This document shows positions 15,045-27,690 of a stretch of DNA of 64,000 nt, in pieces. Source of the DNA: Enoplolaimus lenunculus. Taxonomy: Eukaryota. The DNA lies in contig JASANG010002509.1 of the NCBI GenBank assembly GCA_030248215.1, forward strand, positions 1 through 64,000. Direction: 5' to 3'. The translations under genes were made by a program, and so were the position numbers. The notes below the pieces were generated by a model. It was not told the DNA's origin. It searched no databases and saw only the letters and a list, made by a program, of their open reading frames with translations. Within the stretch, counting starts at the first letter, position 1, and every line of letters begins with the position of its first letter.

Positions 15045-15225
15045 ATAATCTACATGCTTGTGCATTTTAGCAGCAGTGTAACTGCATTAATATCCACGGT
15101 CAAATCATGGACAACAATTTTTAATAATTGTCACTAAAAAATCAATCTAAATTCTAATTACTAAAACTTTATTACTGGAAAACACCGTTGTATAATCTTA
15201 ACTTTTTTTGTTGGGTACAAATAAA

Positions 15226-15568
15226 ATGGCTAACGTAACCGTTTCTTCAATTTATACGCAAATTTCTCAAGTTACCGTCAAAAACCAACTAAATCGACTG
15301 GTTCGTCCGTCAACTTATTATGGTGGCACGGAAGGTTTCGCAATGCTCCATAACGAGGAAGTGAACCCGTGGCTCAAGGGCAGTAGTCTGACATTTGCAG
15401 GGTTAATTGTTCTGATCGGGCTCGTAGGGCTCGTAGGTAATTCAGTGTCAATAGTGGTATTTAGTCGACGGGCAATGTCCGCGGCACCGATAAGTGTTTT
15501 GCTGACAGCATTGTGTTCAGTCGACATTTTGCTAATTTCGGTTGCGATATGTACGTTCGGAATTCAGG
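15226..15568 (+). CDS. FMRFamide-receptor-like rhodopsin GPCR, exon 1 (N-terminus, TM1-TM2)
   Basis: AAAATG start at 15226; TM1 'LIVLIGLVGLVGNSVSIVVF' (GN motif); TM2 'LLTALCSVDILLI' (LxxxD); phase-1 donor CAG G|GTACGT at 15569. Confidence 0.9.
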
Positions 15569-15700
15569 GTACGTTTGTTAGTGATAAAATATTTTTAGTT
15601 TCTTTGAAGCAGTAGCGATAGGCCAAAAAATCTGAGCGTAAAACAAGTGTACAAATAAAAATCGAAACGAGATATTTGCGAAATGATAAATAAATTCTTG

Positions 15701-15975
15701 AGCCGTATTCACACGTGCAAGTTTTTGTTGAGAGATTTCGCAGCTGCAAAGTGCACACAGAACTTGTATTTTTTCGTCAGCCAATGACAAAACGGCTGTA
15801 AAAAATTCAGTGAACTTGCATGGTTGTTCACACATGTGAACTAAATTTGTAGTTATGATTTTTAATGAATTATTTGTAGTTGCAAGTTTTTCGAACGAGA
15901 TTTAGGGCAAAACTTGCAAGCGCAAGTCGCAGCTGTAAGTTTTTGCAGCAAAAACTTGCACGTATGAATAGGGCA
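15701..15975. mobile_element. PIF/Harbinger-like MITE (in GPCR intron)
   Basis: TIR gccgtattcacacgtgcaagtttttg / caaaaacttgcacgtatgaatagggc; family has TTA/TAA TSD. Confidence 0.8.
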
Positions 15976-16722
15976 TTAGGTAGATTTCAAAAAGGGTCAT
16001 ACGTCAAACTCCGCGCCATCGAAGTGCGAAAGAAATTTTTTTACAAAAAATCCTTAGTGTATCTTTGCGTATAGGCCGCTAGCGTTCCGAATAATGCCGC
16101 GTAGTATTCATAATACCGATTTTAAATATGCATCTCAATTCCATATCCAAACGGGACCGAGGGGATTAGCTTTTCAATGAAAAACTTTGATCCCTCTGCA
16201 AAAGTTTAGTTTTGTGTGTACGGCATTTGAAACCTTGTATACCCTTCCAACTATTTTTGATCTTTTCATTTCAGGGTACGAAGGCTACGGGTTTGACCAT
16301 TTATCTATGTCGCACTTAACCTTCTGGAACTCAGAGGAAGCAATTCTTATAGTTCGTTGTGACATAAATTAGTATGAACTAACAATTTTTAATTCAGTAG
16401 GAAGTTTTGCGTAGGTTACTATAAGATCGTAGTGCGTATACAAGAGCCCGTATTCTCCAACGTGACTACACCTATTACTGTTGGTGATAGGTTCTGTAAC
16501 TTTGGAACCATCGCATGGTGAGGTTCGAAATTCAGCACATTGACCGCGTTTCACTTGCCTTACTTCAGTATCAATTTTGAAATCTGCAACTGCAGATGTT
16601 CGTCAGTTTGAAAACCTATCGCTAACTGATGATAGGTGTTATTCGCATTTGAGAATATGCGCCACGATTCAGTATTATACATATGATACATCTCAACTCA
16701 AAATATCTGAATCAGATTTTAA

Positions 16723-16987
16723 CCCCGTTCTCACATTGAGTTGCCTATAAGCAACTCAGCGCAGTGTATATACGTTAAATAATATATATCGCACCGTGTT
16801 TAACAATTGCAACACGTATACATAGTACTAAATCACCACAAGACGTGAGAGCCCCCTCGGGCTCGAGCGTCAAGCTCCTATAGCTGAGTAGTGATGGTAT
16901 ACGCCTCCCACTCTAGTCACTGGATTTCGAATCCTAGCATAAAAGTAGGTCTCAGGTGTAAATAGAAAATATTCATGTGAGAAAGGG
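16723..16987 (+). mobile_element. piggyBac-like MITE (in GPCR intron)
   Basis: TTAA|CCC…tctcacat … atgtgagaaaGGG|TTAA. Confidence 0.9.
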
Positions 16988-17092
16988 TTAAAATATTTAC
17001 ATAAGGTTTGATTCTCCCCAAACAAAATCTTAGCTACAGGCCCTAACCAATGTATTATCACAGGTTTGTCAGATTAGCTAATCATCTTTCAG

Positions 17093-19103
17093 GATTATCC
17101 CTAGTGCTCGAACGTGAGTGGATCGAACGTATGATAGCTCACATTCCAGTGACCGTTTATCCAATCACAATGATGACCGAAACAGCGTCTGTTTATTTGT
17201 TAATTGCCGTTACATTGGAGCGTTTCATAGTCGTTTCGTATCCAATTTCATCACGTCGTCTGTGTACTAAATCACGGTCTTGTCGCGCAGTTTGGTGTAT
17301 ATTATTCGGGTCAATTTTGTACAATCTTGTTCGATACTGGGAGTTTACCGTCGTTGACCTTCAGGACTCGAGTTTAAACTCAACCCACATCCTTGTGAAC
17401 AGCTCAATGGTGACAACGGCAAAACGACTCCGCGGGTCGTCGAGTTATGTTTTCGTTTACTGTGCACTTTTGTATTTTTTAACTCATTTCATGCTTCCGT
17501 TTAGTCTTCTTGTCGTTTTAAACGGACTCATTGTGTACCGGGTACGAAGAGCACAGCTGGCACGAAGGCAACTGAGCAACGGTATTTACACTATTCGACC
17601 CCCGATCATGTACACTAAGCCAAAATACAGCGCTCGCTATAATACCAGTGTAAATTTTCCGTATCCGTTTAAATCTATTTCACTAAGCGGCATCAAGACT
17701 GATTTTCAGTATTACCCAGCGTCGAACGGTTTTGAGATTAAAGACTTTGCAGTCCAGCGGCAGAATATGACCGGTTATAAAGACGTATCGACCGAAGATG
17801 TACAATTTGAGCCAATTCAAAATCAACAACGCCACCAAAGGTTATCGACAATTAAGGAGCAAACTCGATTGAGGAAGTATTGCACGCTGACTGATCCAGG
17901 GATGTCGATGCGCTCAGAGCCGCATATTCGATATGTTGAAACGAATCACAAAGTGAATCGACGAGTAACCGACAATCACGAATTGAATCGACGAGTAACC
18001 GACAATCACGAAGTGAATCGACGAGTAGCTGACAATCACGAATTGAATCGACGAGTAACCGACAATCACGAATTGAATCGACGAGTAACCGACAATCACG
18101 AAGTGAATCGACGAGTAACCGACAATCACGAAGTGAATCGACGAGTAACCGACAATCACGAAGTGAATCGACGAGTAACCGACAACCATTCAAAAAATCG
18201 ACATCATAGCTACTGTTATAGCTATTATCATACGCAGGCAACAATGAAAAACACGTGTTCTGCGATGAAGTCTTTGCCCGTCAAAAATGACGAGTGCATC
18301 ATAAGCTCTGATCAGAGTAATTTTGATAACAGTAGCGAACATAACGGCGCAGGAGTGAGAAAAGGTCGATGCAATAACAGCGACAGCAACAGCGACAAAA
18401 ATACAAATAATCGTTGCAGTAACGTTAGAGTGGGTGACCGCAACATTCATGACATCAGCAACAGCAACGACAACAGTGATTACAGTGGCGACGCAGGTAG
18501 CAACATTGCCAGTAGCAACAACAACAGCACCACCAACAACAGCGCCAACAACAACAGCACCAACAACAACAGCGCCAACAGCAACAGCACCAACAACAAC
18601 AGCGCCAACAACAACAGCACCAACAACAACAGCGCCAACAACAACAGCACCAACAACAACAGCGCCAACAACAACAGCGCCAACAACAACAGCACCAACA
18701 ACAACAGCGCCAACAATAACAGCACCAACAAAAACAGCGCCAACAACAACAGCACCAACAACAACAGCGCCAACAACAACAGCACCAACAACAACAGCGC
18801 CAACAACAACAGCACCAACAACAACAGCGCCAACAACAACAGCACCAACAACAACAGCATTAGGTGTAAAAATATTCTTGACCACTATGAAAACAGCGAC
18901 GACAACGGCGACAGCAGCTACAGCAACAACAACAACAACGACAACAGCAACGACAACAGCAACAACCACGACGACACAAACAACAACAACAACGACGACA
19001 ACAACAACAACAACAACAACGACAACAACGACAACAACAACAATAACAACAACAACAACAGCAGCAACAATAACAGCGACAACAACAACAACAACAACAA
19101 CAC

Positions 19104-19135
<32 letters not shown>

Positions 19136-20229
19136 ACAACAACAGCAACAACAACAACGACGACAACAACAACAACACCACCACCACCAACAACAAAAAC
19201 AACAACAACAACAATTTCGATAACAACCACAGCAACCACAGCAACAACAACAATAATAATAATAATAACAATAATAACAACAACAACCACTTAAACAGCA
19301 ACCCAAAACCAAACAAAACCCTCAAAACAGTGTCGCTACTGAGTAAACCGATGATTTCGAAACCTTCGCTTGGAAACGCGTCATTATCAGAACAAGGAAC
19401 AACAAAAATGATGCTAATCGTCGTATTACTATTTCTCGCCTGCAACATCATTCCGTTCGTTCTAAACGCACTCGAAGCCGTTCATCCGACACTATTTACA
19501 GACCCTCAAACTCGAACGAGCGCATATTTTGCACTTGATTTCGGCAGCACTTTGGTTGTACTCAACGCATCGTTGAATTTTGTCGTTTACTATCGGTTTG
19601 GTGCTCGATTTCGACAACAGTGGGACGAAACGGTTCGTGGGTGGTCACACCGGTTAACGCGATTGCCGAACGCTTGTCGCACACTCAGTAAAGAATGGAG
19701 TCAAGTATCGCGTCGACGAAAAGACCAACAATTGCTGACGCAATTTCGAGCAAAAGGATCAATTAAAAAATGTCAACTGGATGAAATTCGAATGAGCTGC
19801 GAAAATAAGATTAAGGCATACGAAAATAATCGCGTTTCACCGAAGCATCAAGAAGAGCAGCAATCAACGCTGTGGAATTGCGAACAGATGGGAAATGATT
19901 GCATGAAACAGGATAACGATATCTGTCGGCAAGATCAGAGGCATTCATCCAGCGATCTTCGGCAAGACGGCACCGGTGAAAGTGGGAGTAGGTCTGAACA
20001 TTTAGACGCCCAACTTGCAGCCGACGGTGGGGCATTTGTGTTAAATGGTAGCATTTCGTTCTGTGACGCAACAACACCGATGAAACGAAAGCTACTGAAA
20101 TGTGTTTCTCATCAGGACAACTATAGCAACCATTATCATCAGTATTGGGGATCGGGTGTCGAAGCTGAAAACGGTTTAGTTCCGCTGATAACACTACAGG
20201 ATTTAGACAGCGATTTGTTTGCTTACTAA
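17093..20229 (+). CDS. FMRFamide-receptor-like GPCR, exon 2 (TM3-TM7, very long Asn-rich ICL3, long C-tail)
   Basis: TTTCAG acceptor ending 17092 is phase 1, matching exon 1 (343+3137 nt = 1160 codons). Motifs 'YPITMMTETASVYLLIAVTLERF', 'SILYNLVRYWE', 'FMLPFSLLVVLNGLIV', 'KMMLIVVLLFLACNIIP' and 'LVVLNASLNFVVYYRFGARFR' are typical of FaR/FRPR-type peptide receptors. Confidence 0.9.
17944..18189 (+). repeat. 30-nt coding tandem repeat (NHE[V/L]NRRVTD) x ~8
   Basis: aatcacgaagtgaatcgacgagtaaccgac units directly visible. Confidence 0.95.
18516..19290 (+). repeat. (AAC)-rich region: 15-nt NNNS[T/A] repeats followed by poly-Asn/Asp
   Basis: aacaacaacagcacc / aacaacaacagcgcc alternation, then (aac)n. 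Confidence 0.95.
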
Positions 20230-21883
20230 AACTCTTAAAATTCGGATTCTACCGGAAATAAAAAATACCGGAGCCGGAGATCAGAACAACATGCTAGATG
20301 CCTAGGTAAAACACAAATTAGCTAACTGAGTAGATGTGAAACTCAATTATTTTAGTAATAGTCTATGAGCTGTTATTAAAATATTTCTCATATATTTTGC
20401 CCGAAATCTAAAAACAAAATCATTAAAAGACTTAATTTTTTTTACTAAAATGACAAAAAAATTTTATTTTAGACGCTGTCCAAACCTCCGGCAAATTTTG
20501 TTTCGGTTTGATGTGCGCCGGAGGCGGATCTTCGGTAGAACCATGCTTGTACAGGGTATATTTGAGCTGTAAACCGCAACTACTTTTACGGACTGGAACT
20601 GATTACTATAATGATTTGTCAGTATACATTAAAATATTAATTTGTTCAAACCAGACAGTTACCATGACCACTGAACTATAAGAGCTTGACGATTGATTTT
20701 AAGGGTTTTCAATTCTTTGTAGAGATTTTGCACTCCACGTTCGTATAATAGTTGTTGTACCACGACTCGTTTAGCCAAGAGCCAAGCTACAGCCACCGTG
20801 CCTTTAGTGCAAAACTGTTCGGCACACTTGATGCCCGCTGGAGCGTGCGTTAACTGTGCCTCAAATGTGCCCAATAGTTATACCGCACGCCATGGCTATT
20901 TACAAATAAGTAGTTGTTAAACAAATGTGTTACATTTACTGCATGTCCACAGTTTGCGTTGTTGCTCATAGTATACTCTTTGACAGGATAAGCTAAGTAA
21001 CATTTACAATTTTGTAAGGACCAAAATTTGAAATACATAATGGCTGGGTTTCAAAAATGTTACTTAAGTATTTACTTAAGTTGCTGACTTTAAGTAAATA
21101 CTTAACTTTTCGAACAAAACAGGTAAACGCCTAATGTGAGTCATTATCATAACAAAAAAGAAAGTTATTATTTAAGGAAGCACCACGAGTTTGCAAATTC
21201 AGTTCCAGTAGCGTGTGCTAAATCGGATGCGATTTCACACGGTTCCGGTTTTTGCCAGATGCCTCCACACGGCACTGGACAGCGTCGGACAGTGACATGT
21301 GGTACTGCGTGCAATTTGCCGTACGACTCAGGCAGGACTGCAACGCCAAATTAATATGTAAACATTTTCTAATTCTGAACGCCTGTGAATAGGACTAAAG
21401 CAACGTACGCATAAAAAACCTAAATTTTGGTTCTATGATTGTTTTTAAGGCCCAGCAACTGCAGAATGCCACTGTCTCCAGTCGGTTTTCTTTATCGACT
21501 GACATTAGCCACTGCGCTTATTTGACCTGGGACATCTTCGCACGCCATGGCGTTTAAGATTTTGCTATTTTTTATGCCTAAAAAGTTGTATTAAAACTTT
21601 GGTGTATATATTTTCAACTTTAATACACTAAGTTTGAGAGTTGTTACCATTAATAGTCTTTAGGTTTATTTTTAGGCTTGCAATTTTGCCTTTTAGGCCG
21701 AAACAAAACGGTTTATTAAAGTTGTTTTGTAAAATGAAAACATATACAGATTTTAATACTTATTTGTCGAGAAACAAAGGAAACTATGAAATTGTTCGAA
21801 CAAAACTGTCGGTTCTATTTTTGAAATTCTAAGAGAAATTTTTTACTGATTATGGATTCGACATTTTTAATATGCTAAAAACT

Positions 21884-22066
21884 GCCCATGTATATAACAG
21901 GGCCGGAACGGTAATATAAGCCTATACATAAGCCTAAGCGTAAGGATGAGACTATACCTACGCCTAAAGCAATGGCTAAGCCGAAACAAAAAAGTTAGTC
22001 TAAAGCTTAAGCGTACTCTGTTACAGTCCGCAGGAAAACGTTCTAGTCCTGTTCTATACTTGGGCC
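21884..22066 (+). mobile_element. Telomere-repeat MITE, family A
   Basis: gcccatgtatataacagggccggaac … cctgttctatacttgggcc. Confidence 0.8.
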
Positions 22067-22934
22067 TTAAAACTTACCCTGTTCGGGTAGTACTGTTTGA
22101 GTTTGAATCCATTTTTGGTGCACAAAATACCGCAAGTTTTATGGACGCTTTGCTGGCAAGAGGTTGTGTCAGGTGAAGAAATACAATAGAGTCGAACATA
22201 CTAAAGTTTCTGGTTCATAAAATTAATATAATAATCACTCATTAATTAAGCTTTGCCTGAAAACTGTACTCTTGAACGAGACCTGTCTGCGGTCACCAGT
22301 CAACAAAGCGTTTGTTTACCTTTTGAGGTCACCGGATGTAAAACATCGTATTTTATTTTAAAATATTTGTTTATGAAAGAAAGAAATTGAAAAAATTTGT
22401 TCATTTTTTATTTAAATTTCCCTATTTTAGCTATAACTGTTTCAGTTTCAGTTCGATTTTACAAAATTCACTTTACTATAATGCTATCAAAAATTGAAAA
22501 TCCAATGTACTGTTTAGCCTCAAGTTCGAAATTTATTAATTCGGAATTAAAAATTTACACTTTTCAACTTTAAGTTCAATTTCGAGCACAGCTTGAATTT
22601 TCAAATTTCAATTCACTTGTATGTTTGAATTGTAAAAGTCACTTTTCTTTTATATGCGTTTTTACAATAAATGTTTCGGAAATTGACAAAAAATTATTTT
22701 GTTGAAAAAGTCTCAAATTTCAAGTTTTTGGATGCCGCTTCAAACTTTAGATCCCGTAGCCAAAAGGAAATTTGGACCCGTACGCTGCACTCAATCAGAT
22801 CAAATCCTGGATCGGCTCGGCCCGTTCAGAAAAAGCTTACGCCTCGATTGAGGTCTGAGTTAAAATTTTCACAGTCGTCTCTTGAAACTTTATGCTTCCT
22901 CTCGACCGTGTTGAGTTGGCTACTATATTTCACA

Positions 22935-23334
22935 GTTTTTCGGTGGGACTACAAAACAGTAAGCTTAAGCTTTAAACTAGTTTATTTGCTTGGCTTAGGC
23001 TTAGGAGTATGCTCATTCTTACGCTTAGGCTTAGGCTTAGGCATATGCTCATTCTTACGCTGAGGCTTAGGCTGAGGCTTAGGAATATGCTCATTACGCT
23101 TAGGCTAAGGCTTAGGCTTAGGAATATGCGCATTACGCTTAGGCTAAGGCTTAAGCTTAAGCTTAAGAGTATGCTCATTCTTACGCTTAGGCTCAGGCTT
23201 AGGCTTAGGAATATGCTCATTACGCTTAGGCTTAGGCTTATGCTTACGAATATGCTCATTCTTACGCTTAGGCTTAGGCTTAGGTTTAGAAATATGCTTA
23301 TAATGCTGTTCCGCCCCTGTTCTTTATATTGGCC
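22935..23334 (-). mobile_element. Telomere-repeat MITE, family A, with expanded higher-order array (left TIR lost)
   Basis: About 7 units of aatatgctcatt(ctt)acgc(ttaggc)n; ends ctgttctttatattggcc. Confidence 0.85.
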
Positions 23335-24154
23335 TTTCATAGTTTAAACTGGCGACTTAGTTCCTGAGTAGCGCAAGAAATAAAATCCTTTGTGATACAT
23401 TAAATATGACATACAGATAAATTGAAACTGTCAAATATTTTAAAACCTCCTTTACTGAGAATGTTAATAATAAAATTAAATTATTCATTCTGAACGAAAA
23501 TATTGTTGTTTCAGCGCTGTTTTGAACAACTAAAAATGCCTATGTTTGAAACAGGGCCGCAACGTTTTTCTGCGGGACTGTAATAGAGTAAGCTTAAGTT
23601 TTCGATCAGGTTTAAGTAGACACTATAGCGAATGAGCTGTAATTATTAATTGGTGCGACCAAATTTACGTTTAATTATACTGCATAAAGTTTAAAAATTA
23701 TCAGTTCACAGGTTTGCAAGGCATCACCAAGACTTATAAATTTCTTTCTTTCAAGAAATAGGTTTGTTATATTCATGACTAATTTTCTGATTGTTATGTA
23801 TCTGAAAAACGATGCTCTGTTTATATATATTTTTAGTAGCGTATTTAAATAACCAAATTTCAAAGATATTTCGGGTTGAGTTTTTGCATCCCCAACCTAA
23901 GTTTATATCTTGAACGTATCTTAGGTTGTAAAATTAGGGTATTTCGTTGAGCTTTAGCACCCAATTTTGGAGTCGTTTCTCTTGATAACATTTGTCTTTT
24001 ATTTCAGAAATATTTGTTTTAATTGTTCATGAAACAAAGTCTTAAATTTCAGACTTTAATGTCTGACAACTTTCAGACCGACATTTTTGCAAAAATTTAA
24101 AAAATAAAGGTCTAAAATTCAAGATATGTATGTCTGGAGTCAGGATTAAAACAA

Positions 24155-24470
24155 AATTGTCTTCAATTTCACACAATATTTGTTGAATATAAGACAAGTT
24201 ATTTTGTGTGTGCAGGACGCAAGGAAAATTTCATGTGTGAAAAATTTTCCTTGCGTCCTGCACACACAAAATAAATTGTCTTCAATTTCGCACAATATTT
24301 GTTGAATATAAGACAAGTTATTTTGTGTGTGCAGGACGCAAGGAAAATTTCATGTGTGAAAAATTTTCCTTGCGTCCTGCACACACAAAATAAATTGTCT
24401 TCAATTTCGCACAATATTTGTTGAATATAAGACAAGTTATTTTGTGTGTGCAGGACGCAAGGAAAATTTT
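24155..24470. repeat. 119-bp tandem repeat (~2.7 copies) with internal ~33-bp perfect inverted repeat
   Basis: ttattttgtgtgtgcaggacgcaaggaaaattt … aaattttccttgcgtcctgcacacacaaaataa. Confidence 0.9.
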
Positions 24471-25104
24471 TCTAACATGAAATTTTCGGAAGCTGTTGAC
24501 CAACTTTCAGCCACCGGTGAAGATGACCGTAGAAGGGCCTCGCAAGGTTATTGCAGACACTGCAAAAATTTCTAATCAACCTGCGGGAATCAAAAGTGGA
24601 CGGTTCCACCGCTCTGCACTAAAAAGTAAGTGTTCATAGAATCAAACGTGCCACTGGCTGCCGGACTAAGTGCCTGCAAGTAAAGCCGTTCAATGGACTT
24701 TGCAGTCCTGTAGCGAGCTCACCTTGCCAAGGAATTTTACGCATGGCATACAAGGGATTTCAATGACTAACAAGTGAAGAGCCACAATTTTGCTCGGACC
24801 GCTGACTGCTCCCACCCTGGACCCCAGCTGGCCCTATTGAACAGTGGCACTGAAACGTTGCACCGTCATAAAATTCAGTGATTTACTCTACAAATTTTTT
24901 GCTGCCAAAACTGTTTTTGGAGTTTTTTGTGACCATAATAAATCAAAGTTTGCCCTGTGAGAAAAGTTTATTTTTATTTTCTGTCATTATTTGTTCACTT
25001 TTAAATGTAACCTTTTTAAAATGCCAATAATTATTTTGCAGTGTATTAGTTTGTTCGTTTTGACCATCGGCGTTAAGCATGTATAAATATATATTAATCG
25101 TTAC

Positions 25105-25262
25105 GGCCAATGTAAAGGACAAACGCGGAATAAATAGTGCTATAAGCATATTCCAAAACCTAAGCCTAAGCCTAAGCCAATCAAAAAAATTAGTCTAAAG
25201 CTTAAGCTTACTCTATCGCAGTCCCACAGAAAAACCTTCCGCGCCTGATCTTTACATGAGCC
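25105..25262 (+). mobile_element. Telomere-repeat MITE, family A
   Basis: TSD atcgttac/atcattac. Confidence 0.85.
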
Positions 25263-25848
25263 ATCATTACAAACCCGTTACAAACATAAAAAAATGCAAT
25301 TTTAAACTGTTTTCGTGTTTCAACAAACGTTCGAAACGATTTTTACGTCTAAAAAATAAAACAATTGAAGCACTAATATTGCAATAGACTACACGCTTTA
25401 TAGCGTTTTAGCACAACACTATTTTAGCATTAAAACAAGAACTTTTTTCCTATCTTTTTGGTGTATTAATCTATTATTAAACTTGTCATTTCTCGTCAAA
25501 ATCAGCGTTTAGGAACACAACCTAACTTTTAAATATTACAACTTTTTTGGCACTTATATCAAGATTTCAACTGTATTCATGTCTGGTAGCAGTTATGCTT
25601 AAGCTTTAGCATTTGAATCTGACGAATCTGCCGTTCAAATTAGCCAACTTTTTAGTGCCGTTAGTGATAAACAATTCTATTTTGAAATTTTCATGGTAAA
25701 TGCGTTCTCTGGATAAACCCTGGCTAAACCTTGATGGTCAATTTTTGTTCTTAAAATTATTCCGGTTTTCTTTCATGAAGGTAAAGACAGCCATATAATA
25801 TTTATTAAGTTTGAGGAGATTTGACGAAGTGGACAAGTTCCGTGTTTT

Positions 25849-26114
25849 AGCCAACTTAAAGAACAGGGGCGAAACAGTATTATAAGCTTATTCGTAAGCC
25901 TAAGCCTAAGCCTAAGCCTAAACCTAAGCGCAAGAATGAGTTTATTTCTAAGCCTAAGCAGCCTAAGCCTAAGCATAAGTGTAAGAATGAGCATATTCCT
26001 AAGCCTAAGCCTAAGCCTAAGCCTAAGCCAAGTAAAAAAAATTAGTCTAAAGCTTAAGCTTGCACAATTGCAGTCCCACAGAAAAACGTTCCGCCGTTGA
26101 TTTTTACATCAGCT
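25849..26114 (+). mobile_element. Telomere-repeat MITE, family A
   Basis: TSD cgtgtttt/cgtgtttc. Confidence 0.8.
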
Positions 26115-27197
26115 CGTGTTTCAAAGTAGGCAACATTTTTCGTCTTAGTTTAATACAAAATATTCAACTTTATCGTTATTGTAATTACATAGTCAGAGTA
26201 TAATCCAGTGACGCAAAACCATAATAACACTTGAATTGAAACCTTGTTTGAAAATGTGAGTTTTTGCAAGAATTAGAACTTTTGTTGCAAATTAGTCTGG
26301 CTCTACTCGGGTATCAATTTTGATTTCACCAACAGCAATAGTTAGTGAGTTTGCAAACTTATTACTACCGGATAATAGTTGCTATACAAATTTGATAATA
26401 TGCGCCCTTATTATTGTTTCAAATTAATTATTGCAAGTAAAAATGAATGAAATACAACTGCAAACTGTTACGTTGACAATTTATCAGATTCAAAACCACA
26501 ATTTTGCACCTACTCTAAGTTCTTTTTCGCATATTCGCAATCTTTTAGTATACAATGAACGTTGAAACCGGTATACAAAGAACAGATGCCGCTTCCACAT
26601 TCGATTTGTGGTCGCAAATTTTTCCTGTTGGTGGCACGTATTCTATTCTTCCATTTCTTAACTCTATTTTGTGATTTCACAAAAACAGTTTGGACTGGAC
26701 AAATCTACGCCGGCAGACAATCAGCTCGGCAACCTAGAATTATTAGTAGAGGGAGCAAGAACAGTATTTATATAGGGGGCCAAAAAAATTTTGTAACATG
26801 CAATTGGTATGGTATAAATTTTTTCGATAAGGGGGATAGAACGGTTGTAGCGATAGCGGCGCCGACACCACCACCCTCAACCCTTGTAGTTGCAGCCCTG
26901 CTCATGGCTTTTTGGTAGATTATGAAATCTGTGTTTTGTTTCTTAAATTAGCTTGCATAACGACCTAACTGAGGCAGTGACAATCCGATATTCTACAGGG
27001 ACTTGTTTCTTTCTGCTTTAAAACATAATTAAATTTAATTTTATAATATAAGCTTACCATACTGGACTTATGCGTTGGTGCCAGTAGGGCCACTGTATTT
27101 GTTCCTAGATACTCTGGTCTATTAAAGAACATACGTAGGTTAATGTCACAGTACACAATAAGATACAGCGCAGTGGTGAAAATTTTGTGGCAATTCC

Positions 27198-27690
27198 AAA
27201 CGAGCTTGCAATTAAGTAATTGCGTATTAATTACAATTATGTAACGAGTTTGCAATTAATGAATTGCGCATTAATTACAATTCATTAATGAGTTTGCAAT
27301 TTAGTATTGGCGTATTAATTACAATTAATTAACGAGTTTGCAATTAAGTAATTGCGTATTAATTACAATTAATTAACGAGTTTGCAATTAAGTAATTGCG
27401 TATTAATTACAATTAATTAACGAGTTTGCAATTAAGTAATTGCGTATTAATTACAATTAATTAACGAGAGTTTGCAATTAATAAATTGCGCTTTAATTAC
27501 AATTAATTAACGAGAGTTTGCAATTAATAAATTGCGCATTAATTACAATTAATTAACGAGAGTTTGCAATTAATAAATTGCGCATTAATTACAAATAATT
27601 AACGAGTTTGCAATTAAGTAATTGCGTATTAATTACAATTAATTAACGAGTCGCAATTGATAAATTGTGTATTAATTAATTAATTACATT
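27198..27690. repeat. ~44-bp AT-rich minisatellite (~11 copies)
   Basis: aacgagtttgcaattaagtaattgcgtattaattacaattaatt. Confidence 0.95.

Noticed and set aside
17050..17092. ATG at 17050 as the GPCR start
   Set aside because: Would lack TM1-2; lies in the intron upstream of the phase-compatible acceptor at 17092
17944..18189. CRISPR-like array (also 27198-27690 and 24155-24470)
   Set aside because: No unique spacers, no cas genes, eukaryotic context
18190..19451. Mucin-like (TTTAP)n, poly-Val, poly-Leu and poly-Cys ORFs
   Set aside because: Alternative frames and strands of the AAC repeat; only the GPCR frame is open through the unique flanks
22935..23334. True telomere, chromosome fusion or healing site
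   Set aside because: Tracts are short, interrupted and enclosed by TIRs/TSDs; no head-to-head arrays
22972..23347. LSLSLS / LRLRLR / PKPKPK ORFs (also 2787, 25773, 35706, 36884, 40031, 56013, 57578)
   Set aside because: Translations of TTAGGC repeats within MITEs
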